Source: Candidatus Iainarchaeum sp.
GTDB lineage: Archaea; Iainarchaeota; Iainarchaeia; Iainarchaeales; SKW153
Assembly (NCBI GenBank): GCA_026414365.1
Contig: JAOAJD010000001.1
Coordinates: 314,144 to 378,143, forward strand
Length of the DNA: 64,000 bases
Reading direction: 5' to 3'
Numbering within the stretch: position 1 is the stretch's first letter; every line of letters starts with the position of its first letter. The notes below the pieces were generated by a model. That model ran no database searches. It worked only from the letters and a program-made list of their open reading frames with translations, and had not been told where the DNA came from. The position numbers and the translations under genes are program-made. Below are positions 18,738-28,900 of this stretch, in pieces.

Positions 18738-20129
18738 ATGTTTCCAGAACATGTTTTTAGAGAGTATGATATTAGGGGGATTGCTGAGCAAGAATTAACT
18801 AATGAATTCTGTTATAGTTTAGCAAGAGCTTTTTGTTCTTATCTGAAATTAAAAGGAAAGAGAGTTGTTGTTGGTAGAGATAATAGAATTTCGGGTAAGA
18901 GAATATCTAAATATTTCCTAAGAGGACTTTTAGATTCAGGATGCGATGTAATAAACATTAATATCACTCCAACGCCTGTGTTGTATTATTCTATATTTAA
19001 GTTCAATGCTGATGCAGGTGTAGAGATAAGCGCATCACATAATCCAAAAGAGTTTAATGGTTTTAAACTGTGCAGAGAAGAGGCAAAACCTGTCTATGGC
19101 GAAGAGATTCAACAGATAAAGCAAATAATGAAGGAAAAAAAATACGAAAGTTCAAATAAAAAAGGAAGAATATTTAATAAAGATGCTAATAAAATATACA
19201 TAACAGATCTTTCTAAAAGGTTTGAACTTAAGAGAAAAATAAGTTTGGTATTAGATTGTGGCAACGGTACTACTTCTTTTGTTGCTCCAAAATTGTTAAA
19301 AAAAATAGGTTGCAAGTTAAAATGTCTTTATTGTAAATCTGATGGCAATTTCCCAAATCATATCCCAGATCCAACAGTTCCTGAAGCTATGAATGATCTC
19401 ATAAAAGAAGTTAAAAATTCAAATTATGCTTTAGGTATAGGTTTAGATGGGGATGGTGATAGAATAGGGGCTGTTGATAATAAGGGCAATCTTATATATG
19501 GCGAGACACTACTTTTAGTTTTTGCTCGGGATTTGCTAAAAAGAAAAAAAAGTTCTATTGTTATATATGATACAAAATGCTCTAAGGCAGTTCATGACGT
19601 AATTGTTGAGTTAGGTGGTGTGCCTATTGAGTGGAAGTCAGGGCATTCCTTAATAAAGGCAAAGATGCGTGAACTGAATAGTCCTTTAGCAGGAGAGATG
19701 TCAGGACATATATATTTAAATGAGAATTATTATCCTTTTGATGACGCCATTTTTGCATCTTGCAAGTTAGTAGAGATCTTAAGCAAAGAAAAAAGAGACT
19801 TTTCAGATATTCTGTTGGATTTTCCAAAATATTATTCAAGTCCAGAAATCAGGGTTGATTGCCCAGATGATAAAAAGTTTATAGTTATTAATTCTATAAA
19901 GAAGGATGTGGGAAAAAAGTATAAAGTATCTGAGATAGACGGGGTTAAATTTTTTAATGAGAAAGGATGGGTTTTGTTTAGGGCCTCCAATACGCAACCA
20001 AAGATTATTATAAGATTCGAAGCATATTCTAAAGAAAATTATTATAAACTCTATAACGAAGTTTTGGGTATATTAAAAAAATATCCCGAAGTTAAGACAG
20101 GAAAAGATTTTAATTTGCTAGAACAATAG
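18738..20129 (+). CDS. Phosphoglucomutase/phosphomannomutase.
   Basis: Active-site serine loop GVEISASHNPKEFNGFK and metal-binding loop GLDGDGDR. Confidence 0.8.
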   Translation: MFPEHVFREYDIRGIAEQELTNEFCYSLARAFCSYLKLKGKRVVVGRDNRISGKRISKYFLRGLLDSGCDVININITPTPVLYYSIFKFNADAGVEISASHNPKEFNGFKLCREEAKPVYGEEIQQIKQIMKEKKYESSNKKGRIFNKDANKIYITDLSKRFELKRKISLVLDCGNGTTSFVAPKLLKKIGCKLKCLYCKSDGNFPNHIPDPTVPEAMNDLIKEVKNSNYALGIGLDGDGDRIGAVDNKGNLIYGETLLLVFARDLLKRKKSSIVIYDTKCSKAVHDVIVELGGVPIEWKSGHSLIKAKMRELNSPLAGEMSGHIYLNENYYPFDDAIFASCKLVEILSKEKRDFSDILLDFPKYYSSPEIRVDCPDDKKFIVINSIKKDVGKKYKVSEIDGVKFFNEKGWVLFRASNTQPKIIIRFEAYSKENYYKLYNEVLGILKKYPEVKTGKDFNLLEQ

Positions 20130-20137
20130 TTTTAAAG

Positions 20138-22591
20138 ATGAGAGGCAAAGAAAGAAAATTATTTTTTTTGATATTTATTGTTTTGTTATCTACAGATCTA
20201 TTTTCTTCTGAGTATGTTTTTTGGTTAAGAGGGAAAGATACTACTCTTTTTGTTGATGGTAATTATAATTATATGTTAACTTCAACCCCCCCCAATATGA
20301 GTTCTTCAAAAACTTTAATATCAACTATGTTTGATTTTCAGGGAGAACTTGGTAAGTGGTATTCATTAGCTTTTCCTTCTGACTATTTTATCGATGGAAA
20401 AATATGCTTGTGGGTCAAAAATTTCCCAAAGGACGTGAATCTTAGATTTTTTATCTATGACTTTTATAATAAAACTGTACTAATAGATAGTTCTGAATGG
20501 GGGTCAACCGAAAATGGTTTTTTGTGTTCAAATGGTACGAGATACCATCTAAATAAGGGTCATAGCTTAAAGCTTGTTTTAGAGTATAAAAAAAAGTCCA
20601 TAGACCAGTTAGATTTCTATCTAGATGAACCATCTTTGTCTTATACAAAAGAAATCTTTAAAACACCATCAAATAAAGAATATTTTCTTACTGGCGTAAA
20701 ATCTACTGCGGCGATAGTTTTTAGTGCATGTAGTCTGATTGCATGCAAATCTAACAAAGATTGCGATGATAATAATGGAGATACTGAAGACTTATGTGTT
20801 AATCAAAATAGTTGTGAATCTTATTGTTTGAACAAACAATGTGGTGTAAAATGCAAAAATGATTATGATTGTAATGATGGAAACACTTCTACTTTTGACA
20901 AATGTGAATTCCCAGGTAGTTGTTACTCCTATTGTATTAATGAAGCTTGTAATATAAAATGCAAAAATGATTATGATTGTAATGGTGGTTATTGTATCTA
21001 TCCAAATACCTGTTTTAGCAAGTGTATTTACAGTCAGTGTGATTCAGTTAGGCCCAGCGATGAAAAAAAATGTTTTAGTTATATATGTTTTAACAACATT
21101 TGGCAAGACAGAAGGATCTTAAATTGTTGCGGAAATGGATTATGCGAAGTCAATGAAGAAAATTGTGAAGACTGCTCGGATAATGATTTTAATATATTCT
21201 TAAATAATCCAAAACAAGGAGATTATTTCTCTAGTGGCAGCGACATTAATTTAGTAGTTTCTATAAAAAGAGGCAATAACTATATAGAAAATGCAAAAGT
21301 AAAAGCTTATATCAATAACAATTATTTTAATTTCATACAAAATGGAACTTTTTATACAACTAAATTTAAAATTCCAAGCTTTTACAACGGTACTCTGCCA
21401 ATTTTAATAGAGGCTGTTAAAGATAATCATAAAGCGAGAATAAATTTTAATCTAGTTATCATACCGATATTAAAAATGGTTTGTAATGTGAATAAAGAGA
21501 AATTTCGTGCTGATGAGATTTTATCTCTAACTTGTAAATCTGAAAATAAGATCACAGACATAAATTCAATAGTTAACGTTTATTGTAATAATGATATAGT
21601 AGAAGAAAAAATTTTTTTTAGTGATAATTTTGTTTTTTCATATTCTTTGAGAAGTTTGTTATCTTGTAAAGATGTTAAAATATTTGTTAATTCAGAAGAT
21701 AAATTTGGCAATAAATATATTTTTGAAAAGTTTTTGGAAATAGAAGAGCCAGTTTCTTATAAAGATTTGAGAATTGTTGTTAGTGGGTTAGAAGATGATT
21801 TAAACAAAGGAGAGAATTTGGATATAAAAGTGAAAGTATATAATGAAAACATTTTGGTTAAAAATGCAGATGTTTTTTTATTTTTTAATTCTAAAAACTA
21901 TAACTTAGATAAAGATAATAATGGCAATTATTTTATTAGTTTAAAGATACCTTACGATATTCGAAGCTTAGAAAAAGCTGAGATCATCTCGTATTTTTCT
22001 GATGAGAACACTAACTACTTTGGTAGGTTTACTAAGAATTTAAAAATAGCAGATGGTTTAATAAACATATGGCCAATAGAAGAAGGATTGTCTAATGATA
22101 GAGTAAACTTTGTCTTTTCTTTTTCTTACCCTGATAACATAATTCCTGAAAATCCAAAAATAAATGTTTTGATCAATAATGAAAATAAAGAGTTTTCGTT
22201 AATTGGTAAAAATATTATAAAGTTATCTGAAAAGTGCACAAGTGATTGTAATATTATTCTTAATATAACAATAGAAGATTCTTTTGGCAACAAAGGCAAT
22301 TTTGAAAAACAATACTTTTTTAATCAAAAACAAACCCGCATTGCTAATTTATTAACTTTAATATTGTTTTTTTTATTCATATTATCTTTGTATATTTACT
22401 ATTACAAGAGGCAAAAATTAACTGAGCAAAAAAAAGAGTTAATAAAGAAAATAACCAATCTACAAAAAAGTTATTTTGTGGATGGCCTCTTAAGTAAAGA
22501 AAAATACTATAAATTGTTGAATGATTATAAAGCAGAACTAAAAAACTTGAAAGACAAGTTAGGTGATTACAGTTATGAGAAAGACCTTTAG
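20138..22591 (+). CDS. Large Cys-rich secreted type-I membrane protein with a C-terminal TM anchor and a cytoplasmic coiled-coil tail.
   Basis: N-terminal signal peptide and tandem 36-aa Cys-rich repeats (CKNDYDCNxG...). A TM helix (LLTLILFFLFILSLYIYYY) precedes the tail motif LQKSYFVDG...YYKLLNDYKAELKNL. Confidence 0.6.
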   Translation: MRGKERKLFFLIFIVLLSTDLFSSEYVFWLRGKDTTLFVDGNYNYMLTSTPPNMSSSKTLISTMFDFQGELGKWYSLAFPSDYFIDGKICLWVKNFPKDVNLRFFIYDFYNKTVLIDSSEWGSTENGFLCSNGTRYHLNKGHSLKLVLEYKKKSIDQLDFYLDEPSLSYTKEIFKTPSNKEYFLTGVKSTAAIVFSACSLIACKSNKDCDDNNGDTEDLCVNQNSCESYCLNKQCGVKCKNDYDCNDGNTSTFDKCEFPGSCYSYCINEACNIKCKNDYDCNGGYCIYPNTCFSKCIYSQCDSVRPSDEKKCFSYICFNNIWQDRRILNCCGNGLCEVNEENCEDCSDNDFNIFLNNPKQGDYFSSGSDINLVVSIKRGNNYIENAKVKAYINNNYFNFIQNGTFYTTKFKIPSFYNGTLPILIEAVKDNHKARINFNLVIIPILKMVCNVNKEKFRADEILSLTCKSENKITDINSIVNVYCNNDIVEEKIFFSDNFVFSYSLRSLLSCKDVKIFVNSEDKFGNKYIFEKFLEIEEPVSYKDLRIVVSGLEDDLNKGENLDIKVKVYNENILVKNADVFLFFNSKNYNLDKDNNGNYFISLKIPYDIRSLEKAEIISYFSDENTNYFGRFTKNLKIADGLINIWPIEEGLSNDRVNFVFSFSYPDNIIPENPKINVLINNENKEFSLIGKNIIKLSEKCTSDCNIILNITIEDSFGNKGNFEKQYFFNQKQTRIANLLTLILFFLFILSLYIYYYKRQKLTEQKKELIKKITNLQKSYFVDGLLSKEKYYKLLNDYKAELKNLKDKLGDYSYEKDL
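20847..20984 (+). repeat. Direct 30-nt DNA repeat at 20847-20876 and 20955-20984, spaced 108 nt apart. It encodes a 36-aa Cys-rich repeat.
   Basis: Identical taaaatgcaaaaatgattatgattgtaatg at both positions, read directly from the sequence. Confidence 0.8.
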
Positions 22592-23777
22592 TTTATTTTT
22601 ATTTTTTATATTGTGCACTAATCTTTTTTCTCTTAGTTTAGATACATATAAGGGCGAATATTCGAAAGGTGAAGTGCTTAAATTGTCTGGTGCTTGTGAT
22701 GATAATAGTCCGATAGAGATAATAGTAAGTGTATACGATATAATCATTATTAACGAGCTTATAGATTGTCATAATAACAGTTTTAACTATGAAAAAAGAA
22801 TTTCTTTTTTATATCCTCATGGTGATTGGGAAATCACAATACAATCAAAAAAATCGAAGGTTAAATCAAAAATAAAAGTTTTGCCATCAAGAGAGTCGTC
22901 TTACTATGTTATTACTTTTCTAAGTCCTATATTAGGCAGTTACTCTAGAGAATCTTCTTTGAAAGTTACAGTAAAAGTAACTAATGCTGGAAGAAATGTG
23001 GATGATGCTAATGTTATTTTGTGGTTTTTTGAACCAATAGAGCTCTTAAATAAGGGAGATGGTATATACAGTAGAGATATAAATCTCAGATTTAATGAAA
23101 GATTAGGAAATAAGAAACTCATAGTTACTGCTGAATCTAAAAAGAACAATTTTTATTTTGGAGGGGAAGACTCAATAGACATAAATATAGAAAAAGCAAA
23201 AATAAATATTGAGCTGCTAGAACCTAAAGAAAAATTTTTTGAGTTAACAGATAAAATATATTTTCTTGTTTCCGTAAGTTATGAAAGTGGAAACTTCTTA
23301 GACAATAATTCTTTTGTAATCATAACTTTTTCAGACAGCAATTTTTTTATGAAAAGAACAAGTAATAATCTTTTTGAATTTTCTATGAGTATTTCAAAGT
23401 CAGGAAATTTTCCCTTTTCTATTCTTGTATATGATAGTGCTGGTAACAATAGCTATTTATCTTCAAATTTGCATCTGAGTTGTTCTATATTATGTCTGAT
23501 TAAAATTTATGGGGCATATATAATTTCTATTATCTTAATTATTTTCATATTATTTTATCTTTTTTATGAGAGAATAAGCATACATATAGAAGAGAAGCTT
23601 TTAGAAGAAGAAAAAAAGAGAATAAATAAATTAGTCGAAGAACTTCAAAAAGAATATTTTGTTAGAGCAGTGATGCCTTATTCAACATACAATAAGACAC
23701 TTGCAGAGTATAAGTCAAAACTGGCCGTCATTGAAGAAAAAGAAAGAATTTTAAAAAAAAGGAGAGATAATCTATGA
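22575..23777 (+). CDS. Secreted type-I membrane protein, a paralog of the upstream gene in its C-terminal TM and cytoplasmic tail.
   Basis: Signal peptide MRKTFSLFLFFILCTNLFS and a C-terminal TM helix. The tail LQKEYFVRAV...YNKTLAEYKSKLAVIEE matches the tail of the upstream 817-aa protein. It overlaps the upstream gene by 17 nt. Confidence 0.55.
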   Translation: MRKTFSLFLFFILCTNLFSLSLDTYKGEYSKGEVLKLSGACDDNSPIEIIVSVYDIIIINELIDCHNNSFNYEKRISFLYPHGDWEITIQSKKSKVKSKIKVLPSRESSYYVITFLSPILGSYSRESSLKVTVKVTNAGRNVDDANVILWFFEPIELLNKGDGIYSRDINLRFNERLGNKKLIVTAESKKNNFYFGGEDSIDINIEKAKINIELLEPKEKFFELTDKIYFLVSVSYESGNFLDNNSFVIITFSDSNFFMKRTSNNLFEFSMSISKSGNFPFSILVYDSAGNNSYLSSNLHLSCSILCLIKIYGAYIISIILIIFILFYLFYERISIHIEEKLLEEEKKRINKLVEELQKEYFVRAVMPYSTYNKTLAEYKSKLAVIEEKERILKKRRDNL

Positions 23778-24376
23778 CAATGCAGAGTTCTAAAGAGACT
23801 TTAAAACATAAAAAAACAATATTGATATTTTTACCAGACAAAGAATACTTAAAATCAATAACATCCTTAGTTTCAGACTTTGCAAAGACAAAAAAAAATT
23901 TATGTTATATATCTTTGAATCAATCTTCACAAGATTTGTTAGATATTTTTAAGGAAAATTCAGTAGATTGTTCAAAAATATATTTCGTGGATGCAATAAG
24001 TAAAACTACTAATACAAACATTAAAAATGATGAAAAAACAATATTTGTTAGTTCACCAGAATCTTTGGTTGAGCTGAGCATTTCTATAAATGAAGCTATG
24101 AATAAGTTTAATTCAGAAATAGTGATTTTTGATTCTATATCAACTTTGTTAATTTATGAAAAAGAATCTACTGTTAGCAAGTTTATTCATTCTTTAGTTG
24201 GTAAGATAAAGCACAAAGGAGCAAATTGTGTGTTGACAGTATTAGAAGCAGATTCAAAAAATTCAGCTGTTAAAGATATTTGCCTTTTTGTAGATGAAGT
24301 TCTAACATTTTCCGAATACTCTATGAAGAGCTTAGGCATTATTACAAATTCTGATTTTAAAGAAATGAGTATTTAG
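23774..24376 (+). CDS. P-loop-less RecA/KaiC-fold protein, copy 1 (hypothetical pseudo-ATPase).
   Basis: It has the hhhhDSIS core (IVIFDSISTLLIY...ANCVLTVLE) but no Walker A. It is a paralog of the 26870-27511 product. An ATGA overlap couples it to the upstream membrane protein gene. Confidence 0.5.
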   Translation: MTMQSSKETLKHKKTILIFLPDKEYLKSITSLVSDFAKTKKNLCYISLNQSSQDLLDIFKENSVDCSKIYFVDAISKTTNTNIKNDEKTIFVSSPESLVELSISINEAMNKFNSEIVIFDSISTLLIYEKESTVSKFIHSLVGKIKHKGANCVLTVLEADSKNSAVKDICLFVDEVLTFSEYSMKSLGIITNSDFKEMSI

Positions 24377-24436
24377 CAAATTTATCTGCCTTTTCCAAAA
24401 CACCATACCTTAAGATTAAGTAAACTTCTCAGTTTT

Positions 24437-25417
24437 TTATTCTGAAAACATTTCTTCATCTATGAATATTTCAACCCCATTTTGTGTTATTTTATAAGGA
24501 ACTATTCTTTTTTCGTGATTTGAACTTCTCAACTTTAGGATTTCTAAGGCTTTTTGTCTTACATTATGCATTTTTATATTATAAAATACGACTACACCAT
24601 CTGCCAAAAATTCCTCTATTCCACTTCTACTGTATATTCCAGGTTCTTGTTCGGTCTCTCCTAAGACAATATTTACTGAATTGTAAGATTCTAAACTCTC
24701 AAATAAACTTCTTAGGTATTGCCTGTATGCCTGTTCGTTTTCCATAAATGCTATTGAAAGTGCTGAAAGTGAATCTATTACTACTCTGTCTGGCTTGAAA
24801 GGTAGATTTAATTTAAATGGCAGTTCGAACTCTTTTATATCTATATATAATCCTCCTCTTTCTTTCGTTAGCATAGCTTCTACAGCTCTTGCTATAGTTA
24901 AAGGGTCTATTTTTATTATTGCTAACTTTCCTTCTCTTTCTAAAGCTTCTAAATCCCAACCAAAATTCTGTAAATGATTTTCCTTCATTTTTTCAGGTGA
25001 TTCTTCTAGTGTTATATAAACACCTTTCTCATTGTTTAAAGCGCCATAGTATAAACTTTGCATACTAAAAGTAGTTTTTCCAGTACCACATCCACCAGAT
25101 AGCAAAATAGTATCTCCTCTTTTTAAACCACCATTAGTAATCAACTTATCGAAGTTACTAACTCGTGTGGGTAGTACCTCTCTAAATTTTATAGTTTTTT
25201 GTTCAATATTACCTGGTTCCTTTTTTTCAAACAGTTTTGTTTCTTTATCAACCAGATCATCTTTGTATCTCTCTTTTGCCTCTTTAATAACTTCTTTTGT
25301 CTCTTCTTTAGTTAATCCAACGTCAGAAAGCATATTTTCTATTTCTCTTTCTTCTTTTTTTTCGCCAAACAGTCTCATTACTGCATCTATAATTCTCGGT
25401 CTGTTTTTTATTACCAT
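24437..25417 (-). CDS. KaiC-like/RadA-like RecA-superfamily ATPase with a charged N-terminal extension of about 100 aa.
   Basis: Walker A GGCGTGKTTFSMQ and Walker B VVIDSLSAL. Single-domain KaiC-like architecture. Confidence 0.8.
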   Translation of the reverse strand: MVIKNRPRIIDAVMRLFGEKKEEREIENMLSDVGLTKEETKEVIKEAKERYKDDLVDKETKLFEKKEPGNIEQKTIKFREVLPTRVSNFDKLITNGGLKRGDTILLSGGCGTGKTTFSMQSLYYGALNNEKGVYITLEESPEKMKENHLQNFGWDLEALEREGKLAIIKIDPLTIARAVEAMLTKERGGLYIDIKEFELPFKLNLPFKPDRVVIDSLSALSIAFMENEQAYRQYLRSLFESLESYNSVNIVLGETEQEPGIYSRSGIEEFLADGVVVFYNIKMHNVRQKALEILKLRSSNHEKRIVPYKITQNGVEIFIDEEMFSE

Positions 25418-25471
25418 CTTATTTTATAAATTGCCAAAAGTATTTATTTTTTTTGCATATACTCCGTTATT

Positions 25472-26077
25472 ATGAAAACATATACTTTGCCTAAGCTAAA
25501 CTATTCTTATAAGGATTTGGAACCTTTTATCTCAGAGCAGCAGTTAATGTTGCATCATTCTAAGCATCATGCTGCATATGTTAATAATGCAAACAATTTG
25601 TTAACAAAACTTCGCGAAGCAAGAGAAAATAGTTCAGACTTGGATATGAAAGCGATTCTTAAAGAATTATCCTTCAACATTGGTGGCCACGTATTACATT
25701 CTATTTTTTGGGATAGCATGTGCCCAAATAAAGAAGGAAAAGAGCAGAAACCATACGATTTGATTGAAAATGCAATTTTGAAAGTTTTTAAAAATTACGA
25801 TAGGTTCAAATCAGAGTTTTCGAAAACAGCTCTCTCTGTTGAGGGCTCTGGTTGGGCAGCATTGTGTTTTTGCCCTATAACACAAGAACTTTTTGTAGCT
25901 CAGATTGAAAAACATAGTGTAAATTTATATCCTTCTTTTGATATATTAATGGTTTTAGATGTTTGGGAACATGCTTATTATTTAGATTACAAAAACAACA
26001 GAGCCAGCTTCATAGATAATTTTTGGAAGATAGTTAATTGGGAAGAAATTAATAAAAAATATTCTGAATTAGTCTAA
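25472..26077 (+). CDS. sodA: Fe/Mn superoxide dismutase.
   Basis: N-terminus LPKLNYSYKDLEP, metal ligands in HHSKHHAAYVNN, and the C-terminal DVWEHAYYLDY motif. Confidence 0.85.
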   Translation: MKTYTLPKLNYSYKDLEPFISEQQLMLHHSKHHAAYVNNANNLLTKLREARENSSDLDMKAILKELSFNIGGHVLHSIFWDSMCPNKEGKEQKPYDLIENAILKVFKNYDRFKSEFSKTALSVEGSGWAALCFCPITQELFVAQIEKHSVNLYPSFDILMVLDVWEHAYYLDYKNNRASFIDNFWKIVNWEEINKKYSELV

Positions 26078-26149
26078 AGTTCTATTTGTTATGTCAGCTC
26101 TAGTTTAAAACATATTATTAAAAAATAAAAACCAAATCTTTATTGTTAT

Positions 26150-26860
26150 ATGTTGCAAGAAAAACGAAAAAACGGAGAGAGAACTCTAACAGGAATTCCT
26201 GGGTTAGATGAATTACTTGGTGGTGGAATTCCAAAAGGAAATTTAGTAGTTTTAAGCGGCGATCCAGGTAGTGGTAAAACTGTTTTTTGTTGGCAGTTTT
26301 TACATTATGGAGCGACAAAGTTTAACGAAAATGGTCTTTATGTTAGTTTAGAAGAGAGCGAAGAGGTTATTATAGATGGAGCACTTAAGTTTGGTTGGGA
26401 TTTTAGAGAATTAATCTCTGAAGGAAAGCTGAAAATTTTAACTATAGAACTTTATGATTTTGAAAGATTGAAGAATGCAGTAGAAGATAATATAAAGGCA
26501 GTAGATGCAAAGAGAGTTGTTATAGACCCAGGAGTAATATTTAGATTATTTTTTGAGAGAGAGTTAGATGCTAGAAAAAGGATACTCTCTTTAGGTAAAA
26601 TGCTAAAAAAAATGGGTTGTACATCAATAATAACCAACGAAATATCTTTAGATAATATGACTTCTTTGTATGGACTTGAAGAATATGTTGCAGATGGTGT
26701 TATCTTACTTTATCATACAAAAATAAAAGATCATTTTATAAGAAGTATTGGGATATTAAAGATGCGAAATACAGAAATATCTGAGAAGCTTAAACCCATA
26801 AAAATAACAGATAATGGTATTGTTGTGTTAAATAAATCTGAACTTTTTGACGAGCTCTAA
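26150..26860 (+). CDS. KaiC-like RecA-superfamily ATPase.
   Basis: Walker A GDPGSGKTVFCWQ and Walker B VVIDPGVI, 236 aa. Confidence 0.8.
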   Translation: MLQEKRKNGERTLTGIPGLDELLGGGIPKGNLVVLSGDPGSGKTVFCWQFLHYGATKFNENGLYVSLEESEEVIIDGALKFGWDFRELISEGKLKILTIELYDFERLKNAVEDNIKAVDAKRVVIDPGVIFRLFFERELDARKRILSLGKMLKKMGCTSIITNEISLDNMTSLYGLEEYVADGVILLYHTKIKDHFIRSIGILKMRNTEISEKLKPIKITDNGIVVLNKSELFDEL

Positions 26861-26869
26861 GATTTCAAG

Positions 26870-27511
26870 GTGGGATTTTTGGGCAAAAGTATAAAAGAGA
26901 CAGATAAAACAAATCAAAAAATAATAATTGAAGAACTTTCTGAATTGATTTCAAAAGAAAAGCGGGCTCAATTATTATTAGATAAAGAATTAGATTACAA
27001 AGCAAACAATTATTCTGTGCTTATATTAACCGAACCAGAAGATTATTCTTTAGTAAGAAACGGATTATTAAAAAAATTTTCTGGTTATAATTTATTGTAT
27101 GTTTTATCTACTTTCCCATTTTGTATTTTAGAACAAGAGTTAGTTAGACATAAAGTAGATTACTCAAAATTTTTGTTTTTGGATTTAATCTCCAAAACAA
27201 CTAATTCAAATATAATAAAAAAAGATAATATATTTTATTTAGATTCTCCTTCGGATCTAACAGAACTTTCTATGAAAATTGAGGATCATGTAAAGCAAAA
27301 TATAATAATAATTTTAGATTCTGTTTCAGCTTTATTAATTTATAATGATTCTAAATCAGTAGAAAAACTGGTTCATTTTATCGTTGGCAAATCAGCTGCA
27401 ATTAATGCAAAGTTTGTTATGCTTATGTCAAAGTCGCCAGAATATAAAGGTGTAATTGATGTCATAAGTCAATTCTGTAATAAAGTCTGCAAAATTGAAA
27501 AAATTGTTTGA
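26870..27511 (+). CDS. P-loop-less RecA/KaiC-fold protein, copy 2 (a paralog of 23774-24376).
   Basis: FLDLISKTTNSNI...LDSVSALLIYND...AKFVMLM aligns with FVDAISKTTNTNI...FDSISTLLIYEK...ANCVLTV of copy 1. No Walker A. Starts 10 nt downstream of the KaiC-like gene. Confidence 0.5.
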   Translation: MGFLGKSIKETDKTNQKIIIEELSELISKEKRAQLLLDKELDYKANNYSVLILTEPEDYSLVRNGLLKKFSGYNLLYVLSTFPFCILEQELVRHKVDYSKFLFLDLISKTTNSNIIKKDNIFYLDSPSDLTELSMKIEDHVKQNIIIILDSVSALLIYNDSKSVEKLVHFIVGKSAAINAKFVMLMSKSPEYKGVIDVISQFCNKVCKIEKIV

Positions 27512-27518
27512 ATAAATA

Positions 27519-28808
27519 TTAAAGTTCTATTTCTATCTTAATTAATTCCTCGATTTTTTCTTTAAGCAATTTCTTATCATAATCTAAAGTCAATCTATCT
27601 TTTGAAATGCTTTCTTCTTTTATTTTAATCTCTTTTTTTAATTCTTCATACTCTTTTAGCTTGTTTTTTAAGCATTCTTCCTTTTCTTCGATTTCTAATA
27701 AAATTTTGTTGTTTTCTAATGATTTACTAATTAAATTTTTTTTCTTCTCAATTTCATTCAATCTCCAAAAAATATTGTTAAAATAATCGTATTCTATAAG
27801 GGTCTGTAGGGCCTTCAATCTTTTTTCTCTTTCCTCTTTTTTTAAATTTATTTTATCTTCTTCTACTGCCTTTTTAATTTCTTCTAAAATAGTTTTAAAC
27901 TTTTGTGCTTTTGGGTCTCTCTTCGAAGCAAGTTCTATATCTTCTAAATAATCCTTTAACAATTCTATTTCTTCTTTATTTATTATATAAAGTCCTTTTT
28001 CAGCCATAACTATAAAACGCTTTATTGCTTTTTCTGAATTAGTCAGGAGAGAATAAAAATTTCTGCTTATTTCGTTTTTTTCCTCATACAACTTTTCTAG
28101 CTCTTTTTTGATCTCAATAATTTTTTTATAATTATCAGATTCTTTTAATTTGTCAATTCCCACTTTTAAATTATTGATTTCTTCTTCTAGCTTTTTTTCC
28201 TTGTTTTCTAGCTCATCCAACTCTAAGACTTTTTTTTCAAGTCTTTCATTTTTTTCATAATATTCTTTTATCATAGTCTCAACAGCTTTTATATTTTTGT
28301 ATTCTTGTTCACTACATATATTATATATTTCTTGGCAAGCTTCGATTATTTCTTGTAATGTATTGCCGACAAGTTTAACCTCTTCTTTCAACAATACACT
28401 TGTGTACGAGATATTTTTTCTATAGAAAATAACTTCTCTTTGGATAGTCTCTATACAAAACATTGAGTAGCTTTGAATATCTTCAACACTATTAAAAATT
28501 TTTGGCTTTATTTTCTCCAACAATGCTTTTATTTGCTTTGTCATGTTTTTCTGTGAGCTAGATATAATTTTCCTAAAGTATTTGTTTTCTCCTTCTTCTA
28601 ACAAGTTTCTTTTTTCTATTTCTTCTAATTCTCTCTCTACAGTTCCTATCAGATGTTTTATTTCTGAAATTTTAAAGTAGGCCTTTTCTGTTAATTCTTT
28701 CTCAACTTCTTTTTTTCTTTCATAAACTATTTTCTCAGCTTCTATCAAGTTTAATTTTCTTATTTTTTCATTTTTTCGCCCAAACAGCATCTCAATAAAA
28801 TTCATCAA
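27519..28808 (-). CDS. Long coiled-coil protein (hypothetical).
   Basis: A 429-aa protein of almost entirely K/E/L/I heptad-like sequence. Confidence 0.45.
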   Translation of the reverse strand: MMNFIEMLFGRKNEKIRKLNLIEAEKIVYERKKEVEKELTEKAYFKISEIKHLIGTVERELEEIEKRNLLEEGENKYFRKIISSSQKNMTKQIKALLEKIKPKIFNSVEDIQSYSMFCIETIQREVIFYRKNISYTSVLLKEEVKLVGNTLQEIIEACQEIYNICSEQEYKNIKAVETMIKEYYEKNERLEKKVLELDELENKEKKLEEEINNLKVGIDKLKESDNYKKIIEIKKELEKLYEEKNEISRNFYSLLTNSEKAIKRFIVMAEKGLYIINKEEIELLKDYLEDIELASKRDPKAQKFKTILEEIKKAVEEDKINLKKEEREKRLKALQTLIEYDYFNNIFWRLNEIEKKKNLISKSLENNKILLEIEEKEECLKNKLKEYEELKKEIKIKEESISKDRLTLDYDKKLLKEKIEELIKIEIEL

Positions 28809-28900
28809 TAAAAACTTGTCTGGAAAAGAATATTAATTTATTTTAGTATTTATAATCTGAAAAGAGATCTTATATAAAATACATTCTTTCTTATCTATTT

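Noticed and set aside
27519-28808. The 429-aa coiled-coil protein as an SMC or Rad50-like candidate.
   Set aside because: It has no Walker A/B or hinge motifs and is purely coiled-coil, so I left it as hypothetical.
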